Notes under the pieces: model-generated
What the model saw: the letters and a program-made list of their open reading frames with translations, nothing else
Told to the model about the DNA's origin: nothing
The model's database searches: none
From: Clostridiaceae bacterium
Lineage (GTDB): Bacteria; Bacillota; Clostridia; Saccharofermentanales; DTU023
Direction of reading: 5' to 3'
NCBI GenBank assembly: GCA_012838475.1
Contig: DUPE01000195.1
Coordinates: 15,748 to 79,747 of the forward strand
DNA length: 64,000 bases
In this document: positions 1-8,951 of the stretch, in pieces
Layout of the letters: each line of letters starts with the position of its first letter
How positions within the stretch are numbered: the stretch's first letter is position 1
Made by a program: the position numbers and the translations under genes

Positions 1-708
1 AACTATATGAGCCTTTACCATGAAATTTGTCGTGAAGAAGGCTGTGATCTGAAGATCATCCTTGCTAACGATGTTCGTGAGATTTTAAAGTACGAGGATA
101 ATATACTTACCTGTGATGTGCACAATCGCAAACGGTCTTTACGCCTCCTTCGTAAGGCCGGGGCAGCGGATGCCTATAATCTTGAGAATATTCTTACTGA
201 CTCCATTGAGGGCAGCGGTTATAATCCGAGATTCGGCCTGCTAGGAGCCAACAAAGCAACAGAAGAGATAGTGAAGCTGTTTCCGCGCGATTCCCAGAAC
301 TATGTTGATGCCATTCAGGGGCAGATGCTGCAAAGGACAGGTAAAAAGGTTGAAGTAATGGTCTACGGTGATGGCGCCTTCCGTGATCCTGTTTATCAGA
401 TATGGGAGTTGGCTGATCCGGTTGTCTCACCCGCCTATACTGAAGGGCTGGCAGGCACTCCAAACGAGATTAAATTAAAATATGTTGCCGATAACGAGTT
501 TGCCGACCTTGCCGGCAACGATCTTAGAGAGGCAATAAGTGAATTTATTCATCTGCAAAAAGAAGAGGACAAGGACAGCTCCCTGGGTACCACCCCCAGA
601 CGAATTTTTGATCTTCTGGGCTCACTTTCCGACCTTACATCCGGATCGGGTGACAAGGGTACGCCCATAGTCCTCATTCAAGGTTATTTCGACACCTATG
701 CCGATTAG
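1..708 (+). CDS. C-terminal part of a CofE-like (F420-0:gamma-glutamyl ligase family) protein. The 5' end lies upstream of the window.
   Basis: The reading frame is open from the window edge (frame of ORF 7..708). The family assignment is from memory of Firmicute CofE-like proteins (C-terminal ...GTTPRR...SGSGDKGTPIVLIQGYF). No convincing start context at position 7. Confidence 0.35.
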   Translation, partial: NYMSLYHEICREEGCDLKIILANDVREILKYEDNILTCDVHNRKRSLRLLRKAGAADAYNLENILTDSIEGSGYNPRFGLLGANKATEEIVKLFPRDSQNYVDAIQGQMLQRTGKKVEVMVYGDGAFRDPVYQIWELADPVVSPAYTEGLAGTPNEIKLKYVADNEFADLAGNDLREAISEFIHLQKEEDKDSSLGTTPRRIFDLLGSLSDLTSGSGDKGTPIVLIQGYFDTYAD

Positions 709-1077
709 CAGAAGAGCAAAACCCCGTATAGCAGCTATTGAACTGATCAAAAGATTGCTGATCTGCTAGCCGAGATTAACGATAAAGACATCTAGGCGCC
801 CTTCTTATCCTATTCTTTATCGATGACGCTCTATCTGTTCCTCGATTCCGACAGTAGCCCCTGTCCATAATATCCGTACTGTTGATTCTCAGTGCCACTA
901 TATCGACATAAGTCCGTCCGTATCCATAATGTCCCACAGCTGATGCCGAGTGCTTTTGCAACAATAACGCTCAGCATCCGGCCGTACGAACAATGCCACA
1001 CTGCCGATTTTGGGCTACTTTACATCGACAGGGAATCAGGAGATCCGGACTGGTTGCTGAGCGCCTTCAACTCTTAA

Positions 1078-1866
1078 CTAACTGTATAGTTTGCCTACGA
1101 CCCAGTTGCCCAGTCTAAGTGGCAGCAATTTATAGAGCAGTGCCAGGAATTTATATGATAAGCCCACAACTGTCTGAGGCGGAGGATTCTTTCTGGTGGC
1201 CAGGCGATAGATTATTTTGGCGACAGTCTCCGGAGGCTTTCCTTTCCTCTCATCGGCGGCCATTTTATCGACAGAAGCTTTTGCCTTTTTGCGGTAATAG
1301 TCCGGATCGCTGATATTAGGAACCCTGTTGTCTGTAAAAGGGGTAGCGGTGTCACCCGGCAGTACTGTAAGAGCGCGGACTCCCGCTCCTCTGATTTCAT
1401 TGTCCAGGGCCAGGAACGCTGACTGCAAAGCTGCCTTTGAAGCGCTGTATAATGCTTGGTAAGGGATAGAAATTGTTCCTGCTACTGAAGAGACAGCGAT
1501 CAAACGACCTTTACTCTCCCTCAAGGCAGGCAGGGCAGCTTTGGCCAGGCGTAAGGCGCCGTGAAAGTTTATGTCAATCTGGCGCAGGGCATCCTGCTCC
1601 CTGGTTCCTTCCAGACTGCCGGAAATTCCAAAGCCGGCATTGGCGATACAGACGTCTATGCGGCCTTCTTCTTCCAGTATTTTATCGATGGCGCTATGTA
1701 TCTGCTCCTCTACTCCGACATCGCAAGGAATATGGTGTATCCCTGCCTGCGTCGTTACACTGCGGGACAGTCCGTAGACCTTGTATCCGTGCTGCAGAAA
1801 ATATATGGCAGTGGCCAGTCCTATTCCACTCGAGCCGCCGGAAATTATCGCTACTTTCTTAACCAT
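1078..1866 (-). CDS. Short-chain dehydrogenase/reductase (SDR) family oxidoreductase
   Basis: 262-aa ORF. N-terminal Rossmann motif ISGGSSGIGLA, NAG motif (IANAG) and catalytic YxxxK (YSASK). Confidence 0.85.
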   Translation of the reverse strand: MVKKVAIISGGSSGIGLATAIYFLQHGYKVYGLSRSVTTQAGIHHIPCDVGVEEQIHSAIDKILEEEGRIDVCIANAGFGISGSLEGTREQDALRQIDINFHGALRLAKAALPALRESKGRLIAVSSVAGTISIPYQALYSASKAALQSAFLALDNEIRGAGVRALTVLPGDTATPFTDNRVPNISDPDYYRKKAKASVDKMAADERKGKPPETVAKIIYRLATRKNPPPQTVVGLSYKFLALLYKLLPLRLGNWVVGKLYS

Positions 1867-1882
1867 CAGTTTTTACCTTCCC

Positions 1883-2124
1883 CATCATCGCCAGGCAGAT
1901 CTGCTCTCTCACCTCAGCTGCTGTGACAAATAATTTTCTAAATCTAACCACCCGCGAGTCAGATCTACTCTGCTTTCCTCGGTTGCAGTAACACATATAA
2001 TCTTACTCTATTTAGTCATCTGCGAGTTAGCCTGGATTCCCCAATTGCTGCCATTATTAGCTTATCTTATCCACTTATCTGCCAGGCAGATCTGCTCTGC
2101 TCGGCTGCTACAGCAAATAAGCTG
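1883..2124. repeat. Degenerate tandem repeat of about 60-66 bp, about 4 copies, in the divergent SDR/walR intergenic region
   Basis: Copies start near 1883, 1949, 2016 and 2071. The shared core is gccaggcagatctgctct...gctgct..caaataa. The outer copies are most similar. Confidence 0.5.
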
Positions 2125-2177
2125 ACGTAGCTTATTATTTGTTAGCATACATTAATTGTAGTCTGATATTCTCTGTA

Positions 2178-2186
2178 TGATATAAT
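2178..2186 (+). promoter_or_regulatory. Candidate extended -10 element (TGaTATAAT) for the walR operon
   Basis: tgatataat lies 42 nt upstream of the walR ATG. No good -35 was seen. Confidence 0.35.
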
Positions 2187-2227
2187 CATTTTATTAAATA
2201 TCATAGACTTCTGGAAGGGACGACATT

Positions 2228-2932
2228 ATGGATCTGAAAATTTTGGTCGTGGATGATGAACCTAATATTGTCGATATATTGGAAGAGAATTTATCTCGCG
2301 AAGGCTATACGATTCTGAAGGCATATGATGGGGCGACTGCTCTGCAAATCGTTCTTGACGAGCAACCTGATTTGATCCTTCTGGATTGTATGTTGCCCCG
2401 TATGGACGGCTTTGAGGTATGTAAGAGAATTCGCCAGAAGTCCTCTGTTCCGATTATAATGCTCACAGCCAAGAGCGAAGAAATAGATAAGGTGCTAGGT
2501 TTGGAGCTTGGTGCTGACGATTATATTACGAAGCCTTTTAGCGTCCGGGAAGTACTGGCCCGGGTGCGAGCTCTTTTTCGGCGTGTTCAATATAGTGAAA
2601 ATGAGCAGATCGATTCTGACCAGGTTTTGGTCTTTGGCGATTTGGAAATAGATCAGGCGGGATATCAAGTAAGTTATAAGGGAACCCCTATTGAATTAAC
2701 TTTGCGTGAGTTTGAATTGATCCGCTTCCTGGCCAGACATGAAGGACAAGTTTTCTCCCGTGAAGAATTGCTTGAAAAAGTCTGGGGCTATGAATATTAT
2801 GGAGACGTCAGAACAGTAGATGTCACGGTTCGCCGCACCAGGGAGAAACTGGAGCCTGACCAGAACCACTACCAATATCTGCTGACTAAACGAGGCGTTG
2901 GTTATTATTTCTCGAAGGATCATAGCGACTAA
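2228..2932 (+). CDS. walR: OmpR-family response regulator, WalR-like
   Basis: Receiver domain (DDEP...D...LTAK) plus a winged-helix domain. It matches B. subtilis WalR closely by eye (VWGYEYYGDVRTVDVTVRRTREKLE, TKRGVGYYF). GGAAGGGA RBS upstream. Confidence 0.75.
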   Translation: MDLKILVVDDEPNIVDILEENLSREGYTILKAYDGATALQIVLDEQPDLILLDCMLPRMDGFEVCKRIRQKSSVPIIMLTAKSEEIDKVLGLELGADDYITKPFSVREVLARVRALFRRVQYSENEQIDSDQVLVFGDLEIDQAGYQVSYKGTPIELTLREFELIRFLARHEGQVFSREELLEKVWGYEYYGDVRTVDVTVRRTREKLEPDQNHYQYLLTKRGVGYYFSKDHSD

Positions 2933-2938
2933 GCAAAA

Positions 2939-4288
2939 ATGAATACTGCCGCAATCGTTCTTCTAACTGCAATTCTTACAACAGCGATCTGTATGGTCGC
3001 TGTCTTTATATGGAATCGTTACCACGGTAGCAAAAGAAACAAACGCGTCATGAAGGTAATAGAACAGGTGCGTGCAGAGCGTATTGAATCACAACGGATT
3101 CTGGCAGTGCTGGAATTGGGTATATTGGCCTATGGCAGTGACGAACATCTTTTAACTGCCAACAGGATGGCACGCTTCATGCTTAAGGAAATCCCGGAAG
3201 TCTTTTTGGAGTTTTGCCAGAAATATGGTTCGGAAAATGGTATCCACGCTTCTGTTCTTCTGGGTAATAACAATGTGAATGGTATCTATACAGCAGGAGA
3301 CCGTTTCTATCGCATCACAATACAAAAACAAAGATTGGGCAGCAGCGGTAACAGACGCTATGGTCACATCGTTATGGTTCTGGACATTACTGCTCAGGAA
3401 AACGAGGAGAAGAGAAGGAAAGAGTTTGTCGCAAATGTCTCACATGAGTTGAAGACGCCTCTAACTACGATCAAATCCTGGTCGGAGTCTCTTCTGGACT
3501 GGGGCATAGATGAAAAGGACTCTACCGGCATTAAGGCTGACGTCCAAAGAATATACGATGATTCTATGCGCATGGATCAACTGGTTTCAGACTTGCTATT
3601 GCTTTCGTCCATCGACAGCAGAGGCGTGTATGTTGATTTCCAACCTATCGATCTTGACAGTATCGCCAGATCGGTCACAGAAAGACTTATACCTCAGGCC
3701 GAGGACCAAGATCAAAAACTGAGTTTTACCAGACTGGGGAAAATACCCATGATTTATGGCGACCGGGCTGCCATTGAGCGTATCCTGACGAATCTAATTG
3801 TTAACGCTATCAAATACACCCATGATGGCGGTCAAATCTCCGTTTATGCCAATAGCCTGATTGATGAGGTCTATGTTAAGGTGGCTGACAATGGCAAAGG
3901 CATCAGACAAGAGTTCCAGGAGGAGATTTTCAAGCGATTTTTTCGTCTCGATCCAACAGGGTCCAGACAATATGGCGGTACCGGTCTCGGTTTGCCCATC
4001 GTACGCGAACTGACAAATCTTCACAGAGGCAGAATAGAATTGCAAAGCGAAATAGGTGAAGGCTGTGAATTCATGGTTTTCATCCCCACTTTAAACAAGG
4101 TGAGAAGAGATATTCTGTTCGATTTGATTGCCGGCAATATTATTGATGATCCTTGCGGACAGGCGGCAGAAAGAGAGATTCGCACATTTTTGACCAGAAA
4201 TGGCGACATCGATTGGCCTCCTCGTCTGACCGGGAATGATTGCGAGATCATACTTAAAAAAATGGATGAGAACATGAACCCCGGTTAA
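2939..4288 (+). CDS. walK: Sensor histidine kinase, WalK-like, with one N-terminal TM segment and a short cytoplasmic sensor region
   Basis: H-box EFVANVSHELKTPLTTIKSW resembles WalK. N box (LTNLIVNAIKYT), G1 (DNGKGI) and G2 (GGTGLGL) are present. It starts 7 nt after the walR stop. Confidence 0.7.
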   Translation: MNTAAIVLLTAILTTAICMVAVFIWNRYHGSKRNKRVMKVIEQVRAERIESQRILAVLELGILAYGSDEHLLTANRMARFMLKEIPEVFLEFCQKYGSENGIHASVLLGNNNVNGIYTAGDRFYRITIQKQRLGSSGNRRYGHIVMVLDITAQENEEKRRKEFVANVSHELKTPLTTIKSWSESLLDWGIDEKDSTGIKADVQRIYDDSMRMDQLVSDLLLLSSIDSRGVYVDFQPIDLDSIARSVTERLIPQAEDQDQKLSFTRLGKIPMIYGDRAAIERILTNLIVNAIKYTHDGGQISVYANSLIDEVYVKVADNGKGIRQEFQEEIFKRFFRLDPTGSRQYGGTGLGLPIVRELTNLHRGRIELQSEIGEGCEFMVFIPTLNKVRRDILFDLIAGNIIDDPCGQAAEREIRTFLTRNGDIDWPPRLTGNDCEIILKKMDENMNPG

Positions 4289-4317
4289 GATGTTTTCGAA
4301 ATACTTAAGCAAAGTTA

Positions 4318-5709
4318 ATGAGGTCTAATGTGAAGTGCTATAAAGTTGAAGGCGGTAATCGCCTCAGTGGAAAGATTGAGATAAGCGGATCTAAAAATGC
4401 TGCGTTGGCAATTATCGGAGCAGCGATGGCACTGGACGGCCCCTGCGTAATCCACAATCTTCCTGATGTCCGCGACGTGCAGATTTTTTTGCAGGTCTGT
4501 TCTGAGATAGGCGCTGAAGTTGAGATTTTGGGCAAGAACAAGGTACGCCTTAATCCAACGACAATTACTAAGCCGGAAGCAATATCACCTAAGGTATCAA
4601 TGCTGAGAGGTTCATACTATCTCCTGGGTGCTCTCCAATCGCGTTTCGGCTCTTGTAAGGTCACGATGCCCGGAGGTTGTGATCTCGGCGTCAGACCGAT
4701 TGACCTCCATCTCAAGGGCTTCATGGCGATGGGGTCTGATATTGACATTATCTACCGTAATATCAATGGTGAGGAGCTTTGGTTCAACTATGACGGCGGT
4801 ACTGCTTCCATGCCTGAACAGGGAAGCCCGGACGACTTTGCACTTGAGCCTGCCTTCATTCATTGTCAGAGCAAGAACGGCAAGATGAAGTCTGCCAGCA
4901 TCTTTCTGGACACGGTCAGTGTCGGAGCGACAGTAAATATCCTGCTTGCAGCTGTCAAGACCGAGGGCATTACAGTGATTGACAATGCAGCCAGAGAACC
5001 ACATATCGTTGATGTCGCTAACTTCCTCAATACCATGGGAGCAGATATCAGAGGGGCCGGTACCGAGACTATCAGAATCAAGGGCAAACCTTATTTACCT
5101 GCAAACAAAGAATATATGATAATTCCGGATCAGATAGAAGCCGGCACCTATATGATGATGGCTCCACTGACGGGAGGGGATATTACGGTGATGAATATTA
5201 TCCCTACCCATATGGAGCCTTTGACCGCAAAGCTGTTGGAAATGGGGGTTGGCGTGGAAGAAAGCGAAGAGAGCATCTACGTCTATTCGCGAAACGGTCG
5301 GACACTAGCGCCTGCCAGCATCAAGACAATGCCTTATCCGGGATTTCCTACTGATCTGCAGCCCCAGATTACTACCCTGCTTTGCCACGCTACGGGTACC
5401 AGCCGTGTCATTGAAACAGTGTGGGAGAACCGCTTCGGCTATGTCTCTGAACTGAACAAAATGGGCGCAAACATTGTAACTTCGGGACGCTTGGCAGTTA
5501 TTACCGGTGGTGTGCAGCTGATTGGATCCACAGTGAGAGCTCTCGATTTGCGTGGAGGCATGGCTGTGACCATGGCAGGACTATCCGCGGAAGGAGAAAG
5601 TGTTGTGGAGAACATCAGCGTAATTGAACGCGGTTATGAGAATGCCATCGATAAGATCAGATCCCTGGGAGGAAATGTCTCCAGCTTTGAAAAGAAAGTT
5701 GGCAGGTGA
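4318..5709 (+). CDS. murA: UDP-N-acetylglucosamine 1-carboxyvinyltransferase (MurA paralog 1) carrying an internal insertion of about 34 aa
   Basis: EGGNRLSGKIEISGSKNAAL N-terminus, active-site PGGCDLGVRPIDLH, and FPTDLQPQ. The true start may be GTG 4330, which is preceded by a GAGGT RBS. Confidence 0.9.
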   Translation: MRSNVKCYKVEGGNRLSGKIEISGSKNAALAIIGAAMALDGPCVIHNLPDVRDVQIFLQVCSEIGAEVEILGKNKVRLNPTTITKPEAISPKVSMLRGSYYLLGALQSRFGSCKVTMPGGCDLGVRPIDLHLKGFMAMGSDIDIIYRNINGEELWFNYDGGTASMPEQGSPDDFALEPAFIHCQSKNGKMKSASIFLDTVSVGATVNILLAAVKTEGITVIDNAAREPHIVDVANFLNTMGADIRGAGTETIRIKGKPYLPANKEYMIIPDQIEAGTYMMMAPLTGGDITVMNIIPTHMEPLTAKLLEMGVGVEESEESIYVYSRNGRTLAPASIKTMPYPGFPTDLQPQITTLLCHATGTSRVIETVWENRFGYVSELNKMGANIVTSGRLAVITGGVQLIGSTVRALDLRGGMAVTMAGLSAEGESVVENISVIERGYENAIDKIRSLGGNVSSFEKKVGR

Positions 5710-6509
5710 AGATGAAATATCTTAGAACCAGCGCTCTTCGCTCAGGCTCCAGCGGCAATTCGATTTTAATATCAACCGATCAAAGCTCTGTGCTGGTCGA
5801 TGCCGGCATAACCGGCAAGGGGTTGACTTGTGCCTTGGGTGAGCTAGATGAGAGCCCGGATAAGCTCAAAGGAATCCTTATAACTCATGAACACTGTGAC
5901 CATATTTCGGGATTGGGTGTCATACTCAGACGCTATAAAATCCCCTTTTTTATCAATAAGGAAACTCTCAAGCAGGTTTTGCCCGGGCTGGGGAGATTTG
6001 ACCCCGACCTGATTAGAATTATTTATCCGGACGAGAGCTTCCGGATTGATGATCTGGAGATTATGGCCTTTCCAATCTCCCATGATGCTGTTGCACCCGT
6101 CGGTTACACCATCAGCTCCGGACTGGGCACAATTGGTGTTTGCACTGACCTTGGCTGTACTGATGAGAGAGTGTTTCAGGCGTTGTCCGGCAGCAAGCTT
6201 TGTTATCTGGAAGCGAACTATGACCAAGAATTACTGAGGATGGGCAATTATCCTCTGAAGCTGAAGGAACGGATCGCCGGGCATCACGGACATCTGTCCA
6301 ATGATGAGAGCGGCGCCGCCTGTATTCGCCTGCTGCAGCAAGGGACTGAGAGGATCATCCTCTCGCATCTTTCACAGGAAAACAATTTCCCACACCTCGC
6401 TTTATTGACTGTCAATGATGCGCTCACAGAAGCTGGTGCCAAGGAAGGACTGGACTACCAGCTTACCGCAGCCAGACGCTACGATGTCTCCGAACCTCAG
6501 GAAATCTGA
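5706..6509 (+). CDS. walJ: MBL-fold metallo-hydrolase, YycJ/WalJ-like
   Basis: SGSSGNS...LVDAG...ILITHEHCDHISGLG (HxHxDH motif). About 265 aa. It overlaps the murA stop. An alternative start is ATG 5712. Confidence 0.65.
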   Translation: MKMKYLRTSALRSGSSGNSILISTDQSSVLVDAGITGKGLTCALGELDESPDKLKGILITHEHCDHISGLGVILRRYKIPFFINKETLKQVLPGLGRFDPDLIRIIYPDESFRIDDLEIMAFPISHDAVAPVGYTISSGLGTIGVCTDLGCTDERVFQALSGSKLCYLEANYDQELLRMGNYPLKLKERIAGHHGHLSNDESGAACIRLLQQGTERIILSHLSQENNFPHLALLTVNDALTEAGAKEGLDYQLTAARRYDVSEPQEI

Positions 6510-6605
6510 TGCTTTTCTGCGATAGTCGGTTCTAGGACGATTGCTTTTCCGGATACCTAAGCGTCTTCATATAATTTTTCGTCTTCATATGTCATAATTT
6601 AGCAT

Positions 6606-8678
6606 ATGGAAAAAAGATCGAGCAAAAAAACGGAGCCGCAAGGTCGAGGCAGGGCGCGCTGGATCCGACTAGACAATGCGTCCAAGCTTTTCCCCGCCAC
6701 GGCAAATCTTCAGGACACCAAAGTGTTCAGGGTAACGGCGGAACTAAATGAGGCGGTTGATCCTGAGATCCTGCAGCAAGCATTGGATGCTATCATGCCG
6801 CGCTTCCCAAGTTTCAATGTGGTTCTGAGGCGGGGTGTGTTCTGGTATTATTTCGAACAGAGTGACCTGCGCTGTCTCGTTCAGCCCGAGACTGAAGATC
6901 TTTACGAGCCTCTGTATACCAAGGGAGAAAAAAGATTGCCCTTCAGGGTCATTTACTACGGCAGCCGTATCAATGCGGAGATCTTTCACGCGGTCTGCGA
7001 TGGGGCGGTGGCCGTAGCCTTTATCAAAGCACTGTTGGGCCAATACCTGCTGCTCAGTCATCCTGAGAAGGTAGAAAAAGAAGATATTCAGTACCTGTTT
7101 GAACGCTCTCCGGCCAGCGAGAAGCTAAATGACAGCTTCCAGAGATATTTCAAGCATAGTGGCGTTCTGAAGAGCAAGCAGGCAAAGCCGGAAAAAAAGA
7201 AAAAACGCGTCAGGGCATGGAGATATAAGGGAACAAAATTGACCAGGCATCGCGCTAACCTGATCGAAGGCACTATGCCGATCGATGCCGTTCTGGACGC
7301 CGCTCATCGTTATAACACAACTCTGACAGTTTATATCTCGGCCATATATTCCAAGGCTCTTTGGGAGGCACGTAGGGGTGACAAACCTCGACCCATTATC
7401 CTTACTATCCCGGTGAACCTGAGACCGTTATTCAGATCCAGAACGGAACGAAACTTCTTCAATGTCATGCGTGTCAATCTGCCTGAGCCCACTGCAGAGG
7501 AAGCATCATCCTTATGCTGGTGGATCAAGGTAATTGCAGAAGGTCTCAAAGATACCCTGCAACCTGAGAAGCTGGCGTCGGACTCAGCCGGACTGATGAA
7601 GCTGGAATCTAACCCGGCGCTGCGAATATTTCCGACAGGTCTGAAGGATTTTATTTTGCGTATAGCTCACCGTGTGAGTGACAGCAGGCATACTACCAGC
7701 ATCTCTAATGTGGGACAGATCGATCTGCCGGAGAGATTTTGGCCTTTTGTACGCAGCTGCCATATCTCCGTTGCCACACGCGGCATCTCCATGACAGCTA
7801 TTAGCAGTGTAGGGATCTTTGCGGTCAGCTTTATATCAGCTTTCAGGGAGAATGAGCTCCAATACCGATTTTTTACGACACTGCAAGATGAAGGTGTCCC
7901 GATTGAGATTACCAGTAATAGGAACATTATCACGTCTGAGGGCGGTTACGAGAACGGCGATTCGGCGATCGTGCCGCCCGCGGAAGGTATCAGCCCTGCC
8001 GGAGCGACGATTTGCCCCAACTGTGGCTGCGCTATTCGAGGTTACAAGGCGAGATGCCCCTTGGACAATGAGCCGCTGTACCTGTCTGCTGATGCCAGGT
8101 CGGATGAAGCCAGAGATGTTTTTCCTGTTGCGGAACAGAAGATGAACCGCCTTCTCCTGACGAGATTGTTTGCCTTCATATCTATTGCCGCAATGGTCAT
8201 CAGCATAATGATCAACTACACACTTGAGCTGCCTATCAACTTGCCCGTCATGACATTGCTGGGCATTATCTCGACTTGGGCCAGCGTTGGCGCTGTTGTT
8301 ATCAGGCGAAGACAAATCAGCAAGATTGTTACTTGGCAGGTCACGATCCTGTCGCTCCTGATGTTAGTTTGGGACTGGATGCTTGGCTGGCAAGCCTGGT
8401 CTCTGAACTATGCCATTCCGATTACTATGCTGGCTGCTCAGGCTACGCTCTATATCCTCGCACGGGCACTGAATTTGGATAGTGGCGATTACATGATATA
8501 TCTGTTGCTGTGCGCATTATTGGGACTTTTGCCGCTGCTCTTCCTTATCTTTGGCTGGGTTACGATCCAGCTGCCTTCCGTCATCTGTGTTGGTGTCAGT
8601 CTGCTCATGATAGCGGGAGCTCTTATTTTCCAAGGGGGCGTTATTAAGCACGAGTTGACTAAGCGCCTCCATATCTAA
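6606..8678 (+). CDS. HxxxD acyltransferase (condensation / alcohol-acetyltransferase-like fold) fused to a Zn-ribbon and a polytopic C-terminal membrane domain
   Basis: 690 aa. The N-terminal ~440 aa carry FHAVCDG (the HxxxDG motif). CPNCGC...CPLD forms a ribbon around aa 470-490. Several hydrophobic helices lie in the last ~170 aa. Confidence 0.5.
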   Translation: MEKRSSKKTEPQGRGRARWIRLDNASKLFPATANLQDTKVFRVTAELNEAVDPEILQQALDAIMPRFPSFNVVLRRGVFWYYFEQSDLRCLVQPETEDLYEPLYTKGEKRLPFRVIYYGSRINAEIFHAVCDGAVAVAFIKALLGQYLLLSHPEKVEKEDIQYLFERSPASEKLNDSFQRYFKHSGVLKSKQAKPEKKKKRVRAWRYKGTKLTRHRANLIEGTMPIDAVLDAAHRYNTTLTVYISAIYSKALWEARRGDKPRPIILTIPVNLRPLFRSRTERNFFNVMRVNLPEPTAEEASSLCWWIKVIAEGLKDTLQPEKLASDSAGLMKLESNPALRIFPTGLKDFILRIAHRVSDSRHTTSISNVGQIDLPERFWPFVRSCHISVATRGISMTAISSVGIFAVSFISAFRENELQYRFFTTLQDEGVPIEITSNRNIITSEGGYENGDSAIVPPAEGISPAGATICPNCGCAIRGYKARCPLDNEPLYLSADARSDEARDVFPVAEQKMNRLLLTRLFAFISIAAMVISIMINYTLELPINLPVMTLLGIISTWASVGAVVIRRRQISKIVTWQVTILSLLMLVWDWMLGWQAWSLNYAIPITMLAAQATLYILARALNLDSGDYMIYLLLCALLGLLPLLFLIFGWVTIQLPSVICVGVSLLMIAGALIFQGGVIKHELTKRLHI

Positions 8679-8820
8679 ATCTGACTCAAAAGGGTAAAAC
8701 GGCCTCCGTGGTTCCTTCCGGAATCTGATCTGAAAAATAGAGCATCATTTACCTCTTTAGAGTAAATCAAACAACGGTGCCGGGCTTACTTTAAATTGAC
8801 CGGCTCCTGGACGGGAGTGT

Positions 8821-8947
8821 AAAATTTGAAGGTAGCCTGCTTGGAGCGGGTGGAGGAGATGGACCCGTTGCAAGGCGGGTAGGAACTCAGCCGCATAGCT
8901 GAAGTGATTTTTGAGTAGCCTGCTTGGATCGGGTGGAGGGGATGAAC
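8821..8947. repeat. Direct repeat of about 44 bp, 2 copies with an 83-bp period, upstream of the ABC exporter
   Basis: 8821-8864 versus 8904-8947. Core: tttgaRgtagcctgcttggaKcgggtggaggRgatg. The second copy supplies the GGAGGGG RBS of the ABC gene. Confidence 0.6.
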
Positions 8948-8951
8948 TCTA

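Noticed and set aside
709-1077. A 370-bp gap with only 60-aa ORFs on both strands, considered as a possible pseudogene remnant.
   Set aside because: The translations in all frames gave nothing I could recognise. I cannot support a pseudogene call without a database search.
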